Source: Camelus dromedarius
Taxonomy: Eukaryota
DNA: 64,000 nt
Reading direction: 5' to 3'
Assembly (NCBI RefSeq): GCF_036321535.1
Contig: NC_087436.1
Location: 4,030,001-4,094,000, forward strand
Under the pieces are notes generated by a model, which was not told the DNA's origin, made no database searches, and saw nothing but the letters and a program-made list of their open reading frames with translations. The position numbers were made by a program, and so were the translations under genes. Of the stretch, positions 34,406 through 48,200 are shown piece after piece (positions within the stretch are counted from its first letter, which is position 1; each line of letters opens with the position of its first letter).

Positions 34406-36759
34406 AGGCACTTCTGTCCTGACACAACTCAGGGCCTGATTGGAGTGAGATGATCAGTCCCTCACCCTGTCTGCCTAACGGGAAAGTAGAAAACCTCTTA
34501 CGGAAGATAAGATATGGATTTTTCATTTGCAATGTCTGCCATGTAATAAAGAATTTCTAGACATGCAACATGTCAAGACTATATGATGGATAAAATGAGA
34601 ATAAGAAATATTAGACAAAGGATGCAAACCCCCAGGTGATGTAGGTAGGCATCAGAGTTACCAATAAAGGCTATAAAATACTTTTAATATATTCAAGAAA
34701 ATAAGGAAACGATGGGAGAATATATAACAGGGTCAAGACTTTCACCAGAGAAATATACTGGAATGTATTTTTAAGAAAAATCAAACAGATACTCTAGAAC
34801 TGAAGCTTTCAGCTCTGGAAACAGGTAAACAGAGCTAATTAGGATCCTTTTTAAGTAAAACTTTCAGTAATGCCGGATAAAATACAACAACAAAAGTAAC
34901 ACAGATCTAACTCTGCTCTGGAGAGAGAAGTTCCCAGGTGACAATACAAAGAGGACACTTAACGCCAAAATGGTAATCTTGTGAGCTGATGCCACCACAC
35001 CCTGGAGGGAAGGGGTTTTCATCTGCACATAAATAGGGATGCAATGTCCATTTAGGAAAAAGGGTCCATACCAGATGTAGAAGAGTCTTCCTTTATAGAA
35101 ACCTCTGCATAAGACGTATTGGAAGACTTGCCTCTTCACTGAAAGGAAGACTCAAAGTTCTTCACATGTGCACACAGGAAAGGGGTGAAACAACTGGTTC
35201 TCTAGGGAAAAACAAAGTCTCCCTTAAAAAAATCTAGTCTCCACTCCCCTGCTTTATATGAATGTGGAATCCAAATTGATACTCCACTTAAGATTCCGGA
35301 ATTCCCAAACTGAAAAATATAATAATTCATGGTTGATCATATCACTTGGAGCCTTAGGATAAGCAACACAAAACTGTTCTCTAGGGAAACTTTAAAAACC
35401 AGGATGTAAGGGACAATCATAGGAAAAAAAAATTGTACTCACTATAGAGAATCTCCCACAACTCTACACACACACAGACACACAACTAAAAACAGAAGGA
35501 AATGAGTGTCACAGGGAAGAAAGAGCTAACCGTAAAACACAGGATGATTAATATTCCAGAGCCTAAAATTATGAAACAATCTAAGAGAGAGCATAAAATA
35601 AGTATGACTGAATCATTAAAAGATAAAATGAATCTTATATAACATAATGAACAATCAGGACATCATGAAAAAGAAAACAGATCAATTTTTTAAAGAACTA
35701 AACAGAACTTATGGAAACAAAATACAGATATCATTTGGTATATAAAATTCAATGTATGGGTTAAGTAACATTTTAATCTTCAATATCTAGGGTGTTCATT
35801 AAAATTCAACAGTAATCTCTAAAGTAATTGTTTAAAAAGAGAATAAAAATAAAGAAGTCAAAATGAAGAATGCAAAATAGGCCGGTCACTATTCTAAGTT
35901 CTTCATCTATTTTATCACTTAATCCTCACAGTCTTTGAGGTGGATACTACCACTTTTTGTATATGAAGAAAGTGAGTCTCAAAGGGATTACATATACTGG
36001 TTACATGGTTAGCGAGGGAGGGAACCAAGCCCGGATAGGCTGTCTCTAGACGCCATGCTCTTAACCATGACTGCAAGGTATATAACAGGCAGGAGAAAAG
36101 CAGAGCAAAGCAAATAGAATTCACAAAACAAGATGCCAGAAATAAAATATCATCACTAATCACAATGTATTTAGATGAAATAAATAATGAGTTAAAAGAT
36201 TTACAGATTTCATTTGTTTACCTGAGACAAAGCAGAATTAAAACTTAAAACTGGTTGAAAGCTTAGAAGAATAACAGAAAGAAGTCAAAAGTTAGAGCCA
36301 GAAAAAGAGACACCTGAGAAATACTAATCAATGGAAATCACTCAAGGCTCCCTCAGGTTCATAGGTACCTGAAACCCACCTTGGCCTGACACTTACCAGC
36401 TCTGTGCCTGAGCAAAACTCTCAGTCCCCCGGAATCTTCGTTCACTCACCTGTGAATGTAAGGAACGATCCCTCCTTCCATCTGGCCAATTTGTATTGAC
36501 TGCAGTGCCACGGGTACTGGTCAAGCCACCTGAGGTCCGTCAGTGAAAAAATAAGGATCCTTGTCCCTATAGGACTGAGGAGGAGCAGAACATAAACTAC
36601 AGTCGTGACAGTCATGTGAAATATATAGTATTCTAGAAGGTGATAGAAATAATATGATCAGGGAGAGGGGGTTTCTGGGGCAGAGACAAGGGGAAGGCAG
36701 TTTCCAGGTTAAAATGAGATGGCCAGAGCTGGGCTCACTGAGGACCTTGAGAAGGGGGT

Positions 36760-37150
36760 GCTAGTTGCTGAGCTCCCTCTAACACAGCACCGCACACTGG
36801 GTGACGTTAACCACAGAGGCTCACTGTCTCACAGCCCTGGGTGCGGGGAGTCTGCAGGCAGGGTGTCAGCAGGGCTGGTTCCTCCTGAGGGCTGGGAGGG
36901 AGAGGCTGGTCCAGGCCTCTCTCCTTGGCTTGGAGATGACCGTCTTCTCTCCACATCTCATCAAGTCATCTCCATGTACACGTGTCTCTGTGTCCACATT
37001 GCCCCTTTTTATCCGGACACAAGTCATACTGGATTAGGGCCCACCCTAATGAACTCTTCTTAACCAATGACATCTGCAACAACCCTATTTCCAAATGGGG
37101 TCATGTTCTGTAGTCCTGGGGGTTAGGACTTCAGCATATGAGTTGGACAG
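36760..37150 (-). mobile_element. MaLR LTR (MLT1B-like) inserted in an L2 fragment
   Basis: ggacacaagtcatactggattagggcccaccctaatga...catctgcaacaaccctatttccaaat...ggggttaggacttcagcatatga. Confidence 0.75.
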
Positions 37151-37562
37151 AGACCGGCCAGGGCAACAGGCCTGTGGGTGCATATCTGATGTCCCCAAGG
37201 GCCAGCAGGGAGGCCAGTGTGGCTGGAGCGGAGTGAGCCAGGGAGAAAACCGGAGATGAGCTCAGCTTGGGGAGGGGGAGGAAAGCTGTAAGGTCACCAT
37301 AAGGACTCTCGCTTCTTCACTGAGTGAAATGAGAAGCCATTGCAGGATTTTGAGCAGAGAAGATCACACCCAGGGTCTCAATCTTGCCTGACTTAGGTGA
37401 TAAGGATGAAAATATTTAGGCTTTTGAGCTGATAATAGTTAGACTACATGTTCGACTTTGAGTTGATGGTGTAGTAAATGAGACTCTGGAGGGTGTTGGG
37501 ATGAGGTGGATGCATTTTGCATGTGGGATGGACAAGAACCAGTGGGGCCAAAGGGAAGAACT

Positions 37563-38003
37563 CGGTAGAATAATGGCCCCCAATATGTCCACGGTCTGAT
37601 CCCTAGAACCTAGGAATGTCACTGTGCATGGCAAAAGGGACTCTGCAGGTGTGACTGTCAAGGACCTTGGGATGGCAGATCACTGTGGGAAAGCAAACAT
37701 CATCACGGAGGTCCTTAGAGGAGAGAGGCAGATTGGTCAGAGACAGAGATGTGATGTGACAGCAGAAGTCACAGTGACACAGGGCCCTGGGCCAAGGAGT
37801 GTGAGCACCTCTGCAGGCTGGGAAATGTAGTAAGATGAATCCCTCCCAAGAGCCTCAGTGTGGAACGTAGCCTTGGCCACACGTTGGTTTTAGCCCACTG
37901 ACATTGACTTTGCATTTCTGCACCCTAGAACAGTGAGACAATGGATGTGTGTTACTTTAAGCCACTGAGTCTGTGGTCCTTTGTTACAACAGCAATAGGA
38001 AAA
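37563..38003 (+). mobile_element. MaLR LTR (MLT1C/D-like)
   Basis: gaataatggccccc..., atggcaaaagggactctgcaggtgtga, tttaagccactgagtctgtggtcctttgttacaacagcaataggaa. Confidence 0.75.
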
Positions 38004-39822
38004 GAGCTCAGGAACCAACAAGAACATGAACCCAAGGCTGCCTGCTGTGCCGGCAGGAAGTCCTTTGTCTCTGATCCTGGGGGAGTGTCCTGTCTTCTGG
38101 CAGCATCCACAGACTACCTCATGCTAACCTGGCAGCTTGCAGGGGGTCAAATCTTAACCCTGCACAGTTCTTGATATTTAGTTAATAAAAAAGATGGTGT
38201 CATCATAGGTATTTTTCCATCTTTTAAATACACTTCAGTCTTCTAATTGAGAGACTGTGTAAATAGTTTTCAATCTTAATAAGAAATAACTGTGGTTTTA
38301 TTTGGTTACTTAAATTATGAATAATAATATTCACATTAGTAAAAGTTATTAAAATCAACATTTTTCAATGAAAATATCAAATTTTTTTTTGCATGAACAT
38401 GTATTAACTACAAGAAATGTTCCATGCTTTCTTCTATGATTTAGTGTTAGAGTCTTAAAGAATAATATTTTCCTCAAAAGATATTATGGCGAGGGGATTT
38501 CTTTTGGTGGTACAGTTCCTACATAAAATCTGGTGCATGGCTCAGGCCACTGGGAACCTAGAGATGATAGAAATAAGGAGGCATTATAAACACAGAACAA
38601 TTTTTAAAGGAATTAAAAAACTGGATTGTGAAAACAAAGAATCAGAGAATATTCTGGTGAAATAAAAGTATTTTTCAGCTTAAGCAAGACACTGGGTGAA
38701 TAAATCTAAAATGAAAAAACCACCCAGAGATTAGCAGCGAGTCATGCATGCAGTGTGACTGATCAAAACCAAGTTGTTTCCAAACCAGTGTGCAGGCTTG
38801 ATGCCTTCATCAATCAAGTCTGTGTGGCACCAGGCCACCTCGAATACATGTTGATGAGGTATTTATAAGCCCTTCACCATCCCAGCTCAAAGCCCACACA
38901 CGAGCCACACGACCATCACCTACACATCTGCAAAATACCCATCATGGTGAATAGCACTTTTCTTGCTCAGTAGCCGGTGGCAGGGCACTGTAAGCAGAGA
39001 TATAGGGACACAGGGACACAGAGGCACCTCCCCTTACTCAGCTGATAACCTTCCGTGCATTCCTGGGGACAGGACTGTCATAAAATGCACCATGCATTGA
39101 TCCTCCTCCTAGGAAAGAAACGACAGGGTTGTCCTCAGGTTTGAGCAAGGGTGGCCGGGGGATCTCAGAAGAGCTGTTTCAGCACAACCAATAGAAATGA
39201 TGGCCACCGTGACCACGAGAGACGTCCCCTGCCATCTCGGTAGGCACTTGGGCTCCTGACAAAAGCTGGGCTCAGTAAAGGGTTGAGTAGAAGGCACAGG
39301 CCTGAGGGATGCCCCAGCAATAGGCAGGAGGTAGGGCCTGGTTTATACTGCTCTGGGTGTATCCCAGCCTCATCCGAATACAAACTCAGAAACTTGCAAA
39401 ACAGCAGAGCTGGGATGGATCACATACTCCAGACTCCTCTCCTTATAGTTAAAAGGGTGGCAGCCCTGAGAGGCAAAGCAACGTGCTAAAGGCAGAGCGT
39501 GGAAGTGGCAGCGCCAGATGAAATGCACCGTGCCAACCCCCGTTCAAGGCCGCTAACACTGAGTATGGGGCCAAGGTTTCCAACGAGGAGAATGAGACAG
39601 TGTAAATACTTTGTTCCCCCCAAAACCCCAAAAGTTTTTTAAAGGCACAAAACTCACCTTAACTAGCTCTCTTCTGAGGGGGCGCTCTTCTGTCTCCGTC
39701 TTTCTGTCTGTCTCCATTTCTCTCTCTCAGACACAAACACATACAGTTTTGTGAAAGGGGAATTCCTGCCATACAAAGACAGACTTCACATCTTCAGAAA
39801 GACACTTGACAAAGCACGTTTC

Positions 39823-40212
39823 TCAATTCAAGTCTTTGTGTGAGGTCTGAGCAACTGGCTTATCTTCTAGAACAATTGGTGGTTCCAAAATCAGGAGATC
39901 ATCTTCCCCAAAGGAAGAGTTCTGGTCCGTGTTGATGAAGCTGGGGGTGTCACATTTCATGAGCCCGTTCGGCTCCTCCTCTGGCCACCTGCTGCATCTG
40001 ATGGCTTCCTGGAGCCGAACATCCCTGTCAAGGGCTATGGTTGGGATTGCAGATTTGGCCTTGTCCAAGTGGCCCACTTCATTGACGTAGCAGTGAAAGA
40101 GGGACCTAGATTCGTCATTGCCCTGCCAGAGAACACCTTGGGCACCAGCGGTCTTCCAATGTCTGACACAAAGCTGTTCAGTCTGAATCTCTTCTTGGGA
40201 GACTCTGCATTG
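39823..40212 (-). pseudogene. MRAP2: MRAP2 terminal coding exon, frameshifted; upstream exons not found in the window
   Basis: Acceptor ttttctttatag, then NAESPKKRFRLNSFVSDIGRPL..KVFS, a 1-nt frameshift near 40126, then QGNDESRSLFHCYVNEV...FGEDDLLILEPPIVLEDKPVAQTSHKDLN*. This matches the MRAP2 C-terminal region. Confidence 0.93.
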
Positions 40213-42019
40213 CTATAAAGAAAACCAAAATAAAAGATCGCTCACACTCTAGCTCGGTGACCTGAAGAATCATAGTTTTTGCCATCTACTGAGTGCAAGT
40301 CCCTGCACAGAGCATGCTGACAAGCACTGGAAATAAGAGACATCACTTCTGAACACATACAATTAAACCCAAGGTCTCAAGTGAGGGACCTTGGACCATC
40401 CTGAAAAGACATCGTTCCCTGAGAATCCTCAGTATTGCTGAATCACACACCAGTGTTTCTCATTGGGACACTCAGATCATCTTCATCAGAATTAGTTAAA
40501 GTGCTTCTTAAAATGCAGGATTCTGGGGTGCAGACCCTCAGGGTCTCCAGAGGTAGGGACCTGTAGTCTGTATTTTTAGAGCAGCCGAGATCACTGAACA
40601 CGCCCAGGTTTAGCACCGCGGTCTACATCGTGTCACCTGAGCATCGACAATGCTGTCTCACGGGGTAGGCGGGTTGCCATGTGTGTCAGGGTGCTGTCCT
40701 ACCCACGAGACTCCCCTGATTCTCAGAACTGACAGTGCTGCCCCATTGGGCAAAAAATACCACCATTTCACAATGCATACGCAGGGCGCCCGACTGACAG
40801 ATACAATCAGTGATGGGAGAGGGGACAAAACTCATGTTCCTGATCCCTTGTTTCAATTACTGTGGGATGAATGATCAATTCAAGGGTAATAAATCAGTGT
40901 ATGAGTGAATAACATGACTCTCGTTAGTCCCACGAGTGCCTGGAAGAGCGAGCCTGGGCACACTGAGAATCATAACAGCCCATCTACTTAATTGTCATCC
41001 TCCCCAGATTTATGTAAAGGTTACTTCCACCCAGGCAGTGACCCCTGAAGGGCAAGAATCATGTCTGAACACACTCTCAAATACAGAACAGAACCTGACA
41101 ACAATTAGGCTCTGGGGTCTGTGTTTAGCGAGTGTGGAATCTCAGTGATTCCAGCTCTTAGACCTTGCCTTCCCATCCCACCCCTCACGATATGGCCCTT
41201 ATGACCAGCTCTCCCGGGGCTGGGGCCATGGAACCCATTTACAGGACTGGAAGAATCTGATCATGTAAACCATCCCCCAGAATATCATCAAGAGTCACCT
41301 GCATTTCAGGGATCAGTAATCCCAGAAGCTTTGCAGTTCAGGCAGCTGAGGGATTTTTATATCAGCTCTGTCTTCTACTGTGACTGCCTGGGTGACTTCA
41401 GACAAGGAATTCTCAAAAGCCTGAGCTTTTCCTTTCAGGAATAATCTAATTAACAAATCTCATTGACCACTCAACAAATGTGATGTGAAGATCAATGATT
41501 TACACAGGAGTACAACATTCACTAGGTCGTGGATTTAGAATCAGAGAAAAATCATTTGAGAAAGATTGACAGAATGTAGCTTTAATGCAAATTTAAGTAT
41601 TCTTACCTTTTGGTAAATCATCTTCCCCTACTTATCACTTCACCCAAGTTCAAAATATATTTGAGAACAGGGATGAGTGTGCCAGCAATCTGGGACCCAA
41701 TAACTTAAAATGTCACCTAGGAAAAAGAGGGGAGTAACACATTTTTAAAAAGCATGGTGAGGATGGCGGGGCCATCCCCCAACTCCAGACTAAGAATCTC
41801 TGAGTAATAGCTTTCCTGCCTGCCTGGGGCATCAGTTGATGTGAAAACCCACCCAGAAACCTCACTGTCCAGCAGCTCTTCCGTAACACAGGCTACACTT
41901 TCTCAGAATTAAGAATTGGGGCCAGTAACCACTTCGCTGAAGAATAAACACAAAGGAGAACAAGAGAGTTCTGCCCCTTCCCAGGGGAGAGCCCAGACCT
42001 TGGGCTGCATGCACTGCCA

Positions 42020-44112
42020 CCACCTCCCAGGAGAAGAATAAACTGGAGAAGGGCGTTCTGCGAAACTGGGGCAGCAAAGGTTGAGATGAGAACAAATTGA
42101 CCAGCTGGCCAGGGACAGCACCCTTCGTCGCTGCCTTGGCAGCTGCCTCCGCCCCCTCAGCACATCCTGCCCACCTCCGGTGGCTAAGCTGTCAGGGAAA
42201 CTGTGCTTTGCGACCTGGGGCAAAAGAGGCTGCCCCCAGGCCAAGCTGCGGAAGAGATGGGAGCTAAACCACCAGCTCCCAAGCGGCAGGCTCCATACCC
42301 CCGCCAACACCCCGCCGCCACCGCACCCTACGGCAACCCCGGGGCAATATGACCCGGAGAAGCGTGACCTGGGAATGAGGGGCGGCCACGTCAGGCCTCC
42401 AGAGAGATGGGAGCTTATCCTCCAGCTCGCCAGGGGCAGCCCCCCTCTCCTCTCCACCACCTGATCTCACCGCGCCCACCTCCCAGGAGCAACCTGACCG
42501 GGTGTGGGGTGTCAGGCGAATCTTGCGCGGGAGAGGCCATCCCCAGGCCAGGTCAGGGGAGAGGAGAAGAAGTGGCCCCATTAGGACGGGCAGCCGGCCG
42601 TCTCAGCTGCCTCTGCCCCTCGACGGGATCGCGCCCGCCTCCCAGGAGCAAGCTGATCTGGAGACGGGCATCCAGCTTCTTGGGCAGCAGAGGACGCCCC
42701 CAGGATTGGCAGCGGGGAAGAGGAGAGCAAATTGACAGGCTCCGCGCTGAGGTCTTCTACCTCCGCCGTTGCCACCCCCGCACCTTAAAGGCACCGCCCA
42801 GGGCGCCCCTCCCCCTGCAGGCTGAATGGGACAGGCGTGTCTGGTGATCTGGGGCAGGAGAGGCCACTCCCACACCAGGCCATCGGGGAGGCGGGAGCCA
42901 ATCCACCAGCTCCCCAAGGCAGCCCCCTACCCCCGCAGCAGCCACCACTCTTGCCCCCTGACCTCACGGTGGCCTCCTCTAGGGAGCAGGCTGACCTGGA
43001 GATGGACGTCCGGTGAACTTGGGACAACAGGGACCGCCCCCAGGGCAAACCATGGGGGGAAATGGGAGCAAATGGACCGGCTCCATGGGAAAACCTGCCG
43101 CTGCTGCCACCACCCCCAACGTACCATGCCCGCCTCCTGGGGTCAGGCCGACTAGGATACACGTGTTCCGTAACCCAGGGCAACAGAGACCGCCCCCAGG
43201 ACAAGCCGCGGGGAAGATGGGAGCAAATGTGCCCGCTCCCCCGCTGCAGGCCCCCGACCCCCGCCGCCCGTGCACCCTGACTACCCTGCCTCCTGCCCCC
43301 AGCAGGCAAAGTGGGACAGGGGTGTCCGGGGACCTGGCGCAGCAGAGGCCGCCTGCAGGCCACGCGGCACAGACATGGGAGCTAATTCACAAGCTCCCAA
43401 GGGGCAGCCTCCCTATCCCCGCAGCCACCACCTTACCAGCCCCCTGACTGCACCGCACCCATCTCCCAGGAGCAAGCTCACCTGGAGTCCAACATCTGGC
43501 GAATCTCCGGCGGCCAAGGTCGCCCCCAGGCCAGGCCGCGGGGGAGAGAAGAAATGGAGTAACTCCTTGGAACGGACCCCCTCACCCTGCAGCCGCCGCC
43601 GCCGCCTCTCAGGAGCAAGCTCACTTGGAGACTGGCGTCCCGCCTCTAAGGCAGCAGAAGCCGCCCCTGGCTCCGCCGCGGGGGAGAGCGGAGCGAATTG
43701 ACCGGCTTCCGCGCGGCAGCCCCCCTACCCCCGTGGGCCCCGCACATTAATGGCACCGTCCCCACTCCCCACTCAGCAAGCTGAGTGGGACAGGCGTGTC
43801 CGGCGACCTGGGGCAGCAGAGGCCGCTCCCAGGCCCGGCAGCCGGGAGAAGGCAGCTATTCCACCAGTTCACCAGGGGCAGCCCCGCTCCGCCCCCCTGC
43901 CGCTGCCGCCGCCCTCTGACCTAACTACCCCACCTCCCAGGAGCAAGCTTACCTGGAGTCCAACATCTGGCGAATCTCCGGCGGCCAAGGTCACCCTAGG
44001 CCAGGCTGCAGGGAAGAGAAGAAATCGACCGGCTTGCCCGGGCAGCCTCCCACACGCCGCCGCCTCCGCCGCTCCAAACCATTGCACTAGCCTCCCGGGG
44101 TCAGGCTGACTG
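42020..44112. repeat. CpG-rich degenerate tandem array, about 13-14 units of ~160 bp
   Basis: A CCTCCCAGGAGCAAGCTGA-like anchor recurs near 42022, 42173, 42335, 42478, 42637, 42808, 42973, 43132, 43295, 43461, 43605, 43770, 43932 and 44090. Confidence 0.85.
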
Positions 44113-44149
44113 AGAGGATGTGCACTTGCCTTCTAATCCTGGCCACGTG

Positions 44150-44340
44150 CCTGAGCACCTCCCTGCATCCCTACACTCCCTGCACCTCTGCACCCCTGCC
44201 ACTATCTGCACTTCTGCACTGCCTGCACTTCTGCACCCCTGCACCCCCGCATCCCCTGAACTGCCTGCGCCCCCCACAGCCCCTGCACCCCTGTCACCAG
44301 TTACACTTTTGCACTGCCTACACGCCTGCACCCCTGCATG
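44150..44340. repeat. Degenerate (CTGCACCCC)n 8-9-bp minisatellite
   Basis: Repeated ctgcacccc/ctgcactt units directly after the 160-bp array. Confidence 0.8.
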
Positions 44341-44632
44341 TCCCACACACCACCTCTTGGGCCTGTGGCAGAGTCTCTGCTGTTAGACCAATGCACAGGA
44401 ACTCACATCTTTGCCAGTATATGATGCATCAGTGGACGTCTGGGGTTGGCTGCAGGAAGGTACATGTTCCCGGTCACTAGCCTGGGCCACTAGGGTGATC
44501 TCTCTGAGGTCACCAAGGACGGGCTCAGAGATGCTGTTTTCCGGGAAGAGAGGAGTTGAAACAGGTCTTGAGGGCAGAGCTGTGCTCACCAGGCTGTCCA
44601 CGCTTCATGTTTTACACAGGGCTTCGGAGAAG

Positions 44633-45216
44633 TGAAATGGATCCGGCCAAGTAAGACCGGCCTGCTGTATGCCCACCTCAGTCCTGGGCTCTGAGTCAGA
44701 CCAACTGGCTCCCACCCTCACAGCCCAGTTTGGGTACCTGAATGGTCCCTTTGAGGCGTCCCATCAGTTCTCAGGAAGAAGTCTGGCTGCTTCCACCCCA
44801 TGGCCCTCCCTCCTGTGCTGGCCTCAGGAAGTTTCCTTATTTGGGGAAGAAGGCAGCCCACCCCCTACCCCACCCCTCACTGTGCTCTCACCCAGGCTGC
44901 TGCTCTCTCTGCCCATCAGAGTCTGGAAAGCCATCCCTCTTCAGTTATGTCCCTTCTGAGATGGACTTTCTTCCACTCAATTCTAGGCAAGGATGCACCA
45001 TGGAATGCACTGGGTAAGAGAACCAAAATAAATAATATCTTCTGTGAGGTTTTCTGTTTATCTACTGGGGCTGGGCTGTGTGTAGTTTGCTACAGCTATT
45101 GGTGTGAGAGGCTAAAACAGTCTGTGTGTCCTTGTTTTCATCTCCCCGCTGTCTTTGGGTTTTCCCTAGAGACTCCTGAGACATTTACTTCCTTTACTTT
45201 TATTCCTGTCATTACA
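44633..45216 (+). mobile_element. Probable solo LTR (family not recognised)
   Basis: TGAAATG...CATTACA inverted termini with an internal AATAAA near 45027; no clear TSD. Confidence 0.45.
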
Positions 45217-48200
45217 CAGGGGCCCTACTGACATGGAGGTAAGGTGTTGGGGGAGCAGGACAGAGCAGGGCATCTGTAGTCCTGTGATTAGTTCTCATTG
45301 AGCCTGTGCCCTGAGCTGTGACCTCCACAAGTGTGTCTCTTTCCCCCCACCCCAATTTGGGTGAGACAGAAGGGATTTCCCTTCTCCCAGGTTGGTTAGG
45401 CTCTGGTAAAATAATTTCTCATTAAAAAACAAACAAACAAAAAACAACTTCCCCCAATGAAACAGAATGTTCTGGGTGTATTTCAATAGAGTTATTTTCT
45501 CCTTTCCAGGCAGGAAGCATGAGGAGTTATCCTCTGGCCTTCATTCTGAGAACAGGACACGGTCCTGGAGGTAAAATGCATGAAAAAGAGCAGGGGGCCC
45601 CTCTGACTGGCCCCCTGGAGTTGTCACACTCGGACTTCCCCACGCTGAGACTCCCACTGGCCTCAGGGACCTGTTAAATCTGCCAGCCCCGGGGGTTCTT
45701 ACAAAAGCGGGTTCTGCCCTGGGAGCTGTGACTCTCCAAGCCTGCCCGGCTGCCTCTCTGGGTTGGGAGCAGCTTTTCCCCTCATTTTTCTGGGATCTAA
45801 GAAGTGCAGTGGGATTGCAGCTCCCTCAGCTCTGGTGTTGTTTTCAGGACAGAAGGAGCAATTTCTGAGCTCCACACGAGCTGGACCAGAGGCTGGAATC
45901 TTCCCCTCCTCTGCCTCCGTGCAATAAGTGGCTGTGGTTCTAGCCGAGTTTCTTTTAAACACACACATCCCAGCCCCTACAGGAGCACACAGTCCCATAA
46001 ATCCCCCCAGTTTCCACTGGTAAATATGGGACACGGGTTTCGGGACCACAGAGGCCTGACTGCACGACTTCCTCCGTGGCCTATTAACGTGGTTGCTCTG
46101 GGCCTTGTCTGAAGTGGCTTGCTTACCGCACCTGGTACGTGGGAAACACAAAATAAGTACTAGAACCTTCACTTTTTCTCCCTCCAGGGCCTTCAAACAT
46201 AGAAAGTATTAAGTGAACTCAGACAGCCTAGTCACTGCAATGAGGTCCGTCCAGCCTGGCTCTCCTGAGTGATGGGCACTGACTTGCACCTTAACTCGGA
46301 ACAGTAGGGGAACTGCCTTCCTCTAACTGGGCATCTCCCCACACCGGGCTCGCCCTCAGCTGAGACGGGGCCAACTCCCCCATTGAGGTGTGTGCTGGTG
46401 GCTTCAGTGTGACCTGGATCTGCCGGGATGTGAACCTGCAGTGAGTGAGGTGGAGGGTCGGGTGGAGAAGGGTCCCTTCTGGGGTGGCAGGGGGCCCAGT
46501 AGCACCCAGCCCGGCCTGGTGCCTGGGGCTCCCTAACACCTCCTACAGCTCCTGGGTTGGCTCCGGTCCTGGCCACTCCACACACCCTCCCAGCATCTTT
46601 TCATTAAGTCCCTTTTTTGCTTTTATCAGCCAGAGGTGGCTTCTGTTGCTTGTTCAGTGAAACAGTGCATCGGGAAACCAAACTATTTCTAACATCAGTA
46701 AAATTCCAACCTCAGTTATCTCGCCGGGCAGACCGTGCAGCACAAAGGCCTGCAAAGTGCTGTGCAAATGGCTTACGTGAAGGGTCCTCATCATCTGTCT
46801 TCAGAGATACAGAAGCTGGTGGTTCAGGTAAAACCTCAGGGAGGGATTGAGGAATCCAAAGCTGGTTGGTTTCAAAGGCTAACTGGTCAGACCAGACCCC
46901 TGAGCTGTGGTCAGAAGTCTAGCTCAACATCACGCAGACTCAGCACCCTAAGTGCCGGGAGGGGCCAGTGGTGTTCCCTTTGCAGGCTCTCGTTGGGGAT
47001 TCACTGTAGCCCTTTAAATGCAGCAGAGATTCCAGCCCCCTTAGCCCCCACCCTGAGTGTTCCATGACACAAATCCTGGGAGTGTTTAATTTTCATCTTT
47101 GTTTATGAGGATGAAGGAGGGGCAAGAGGAGACATAAATTCATACTGACTGATACAAGGTCACAGCCAGTACCTCCTCCTTGGAGAGCTATGTGCTCCCA
47201 CAGTGGTGGCTGGGGGGCTGGGCGGAGACCCTCTGCTGATCCCAGAGGGACTCGCTCCTCTGGCCACAACTGATGGGTTGGACAACAGATCCAGAGGGAG
47301 ACAGAGCATCTTTCCTGGGAATTTGGAACTGACACACAGAAATCAAGTTCACTCATCTGGGGATTGGCGAGGGTGAGGGGTGGTGGTTGGAAATCAAATG
47401 AAACCAGAGCATGAGAGAAAGTTAGAAGTGAAAGAGAGAGAGACAGAGAGACTGAGCTTGTGAGAGCAAATAGTCAGAAAGAAGGAAAACAATCAGGGGA
47501 CAGAGGAATTCCAGCTCAAGACTGTCTAGTCTGTCCCAGCCCATCAACGACCCCACGGGATGGTTAATATCATTCCAGTTTTGCAGATTAGGAAAAAGGC
47601 TGAAAGAGATGGGGGCTGGGTTTGGGTGCACAGTTAATTCAAGTGCCGCTGGATCCCTCACTTCCCATTGCCTGAAGGCACCTTAATCCTCACTGGGACC
47701 CCTGCAGTCCCCTGACAGCCCAGCACCCTGATCAAAGGGCCCCTGCGGGAGTGGGAACCCCTCTGAGCGTGAAGAGTTCCCTGAACCGAGATGCCATGCA
47801 TCAGCAGGCTCCCGCTCACCCCAGGTTAACATCGCCCCAGCTGTGCAGTCTCCCGACCCACTACCCTCCCTGCCAGGCACCCCTGTCCTTACCACCGAGG
47901 GTACTGCAGGAATTCAGGCACAGGGATGCCCAAAGCAACACGAGCCCACCGGCTGTACAAACAGCAGACTCCCAGCCCCACCTGGGTTCCGAGGGGACAG
48001 TAGGCGTCCTCAGCTTCCATGTGTCTAAGACAATCTTCTTCTTCAGCTGGAGGTTATAGAGAAAAATAAAAGGTCCAAAACATAGTTCGGTGAGGAATTC
48101 CTCCAAGGACCTGACTCCAGAGACTACAACCAGGGGTACCTACCCCCCGGACTTGGGGTGAAGGTGGATTATTGATCAGCACAACCCCCGGTGGCCCAGC

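Noticed and set aside
42283..43909. Six ZFP57 motifs (TGCCGC/GCGGCA) suggesting an imprinting control region
   Set aside because: The count is only modestly above what about 70% GC would give, and there is no methylation evidence.
41862..44480. Many overlapping Pro/Gly/Arg-rich ORFs on both strands
   Set aside because: Expected from a GC-rich tandem repeat with few stop codons; monomer lengths vary without keeping frame.
46630..46827. Plus-strand exon-like segment with a strong acceptor and one open frame
   Set aside because: No recognisable protein similarity and only a weak donor (gtaaaa).
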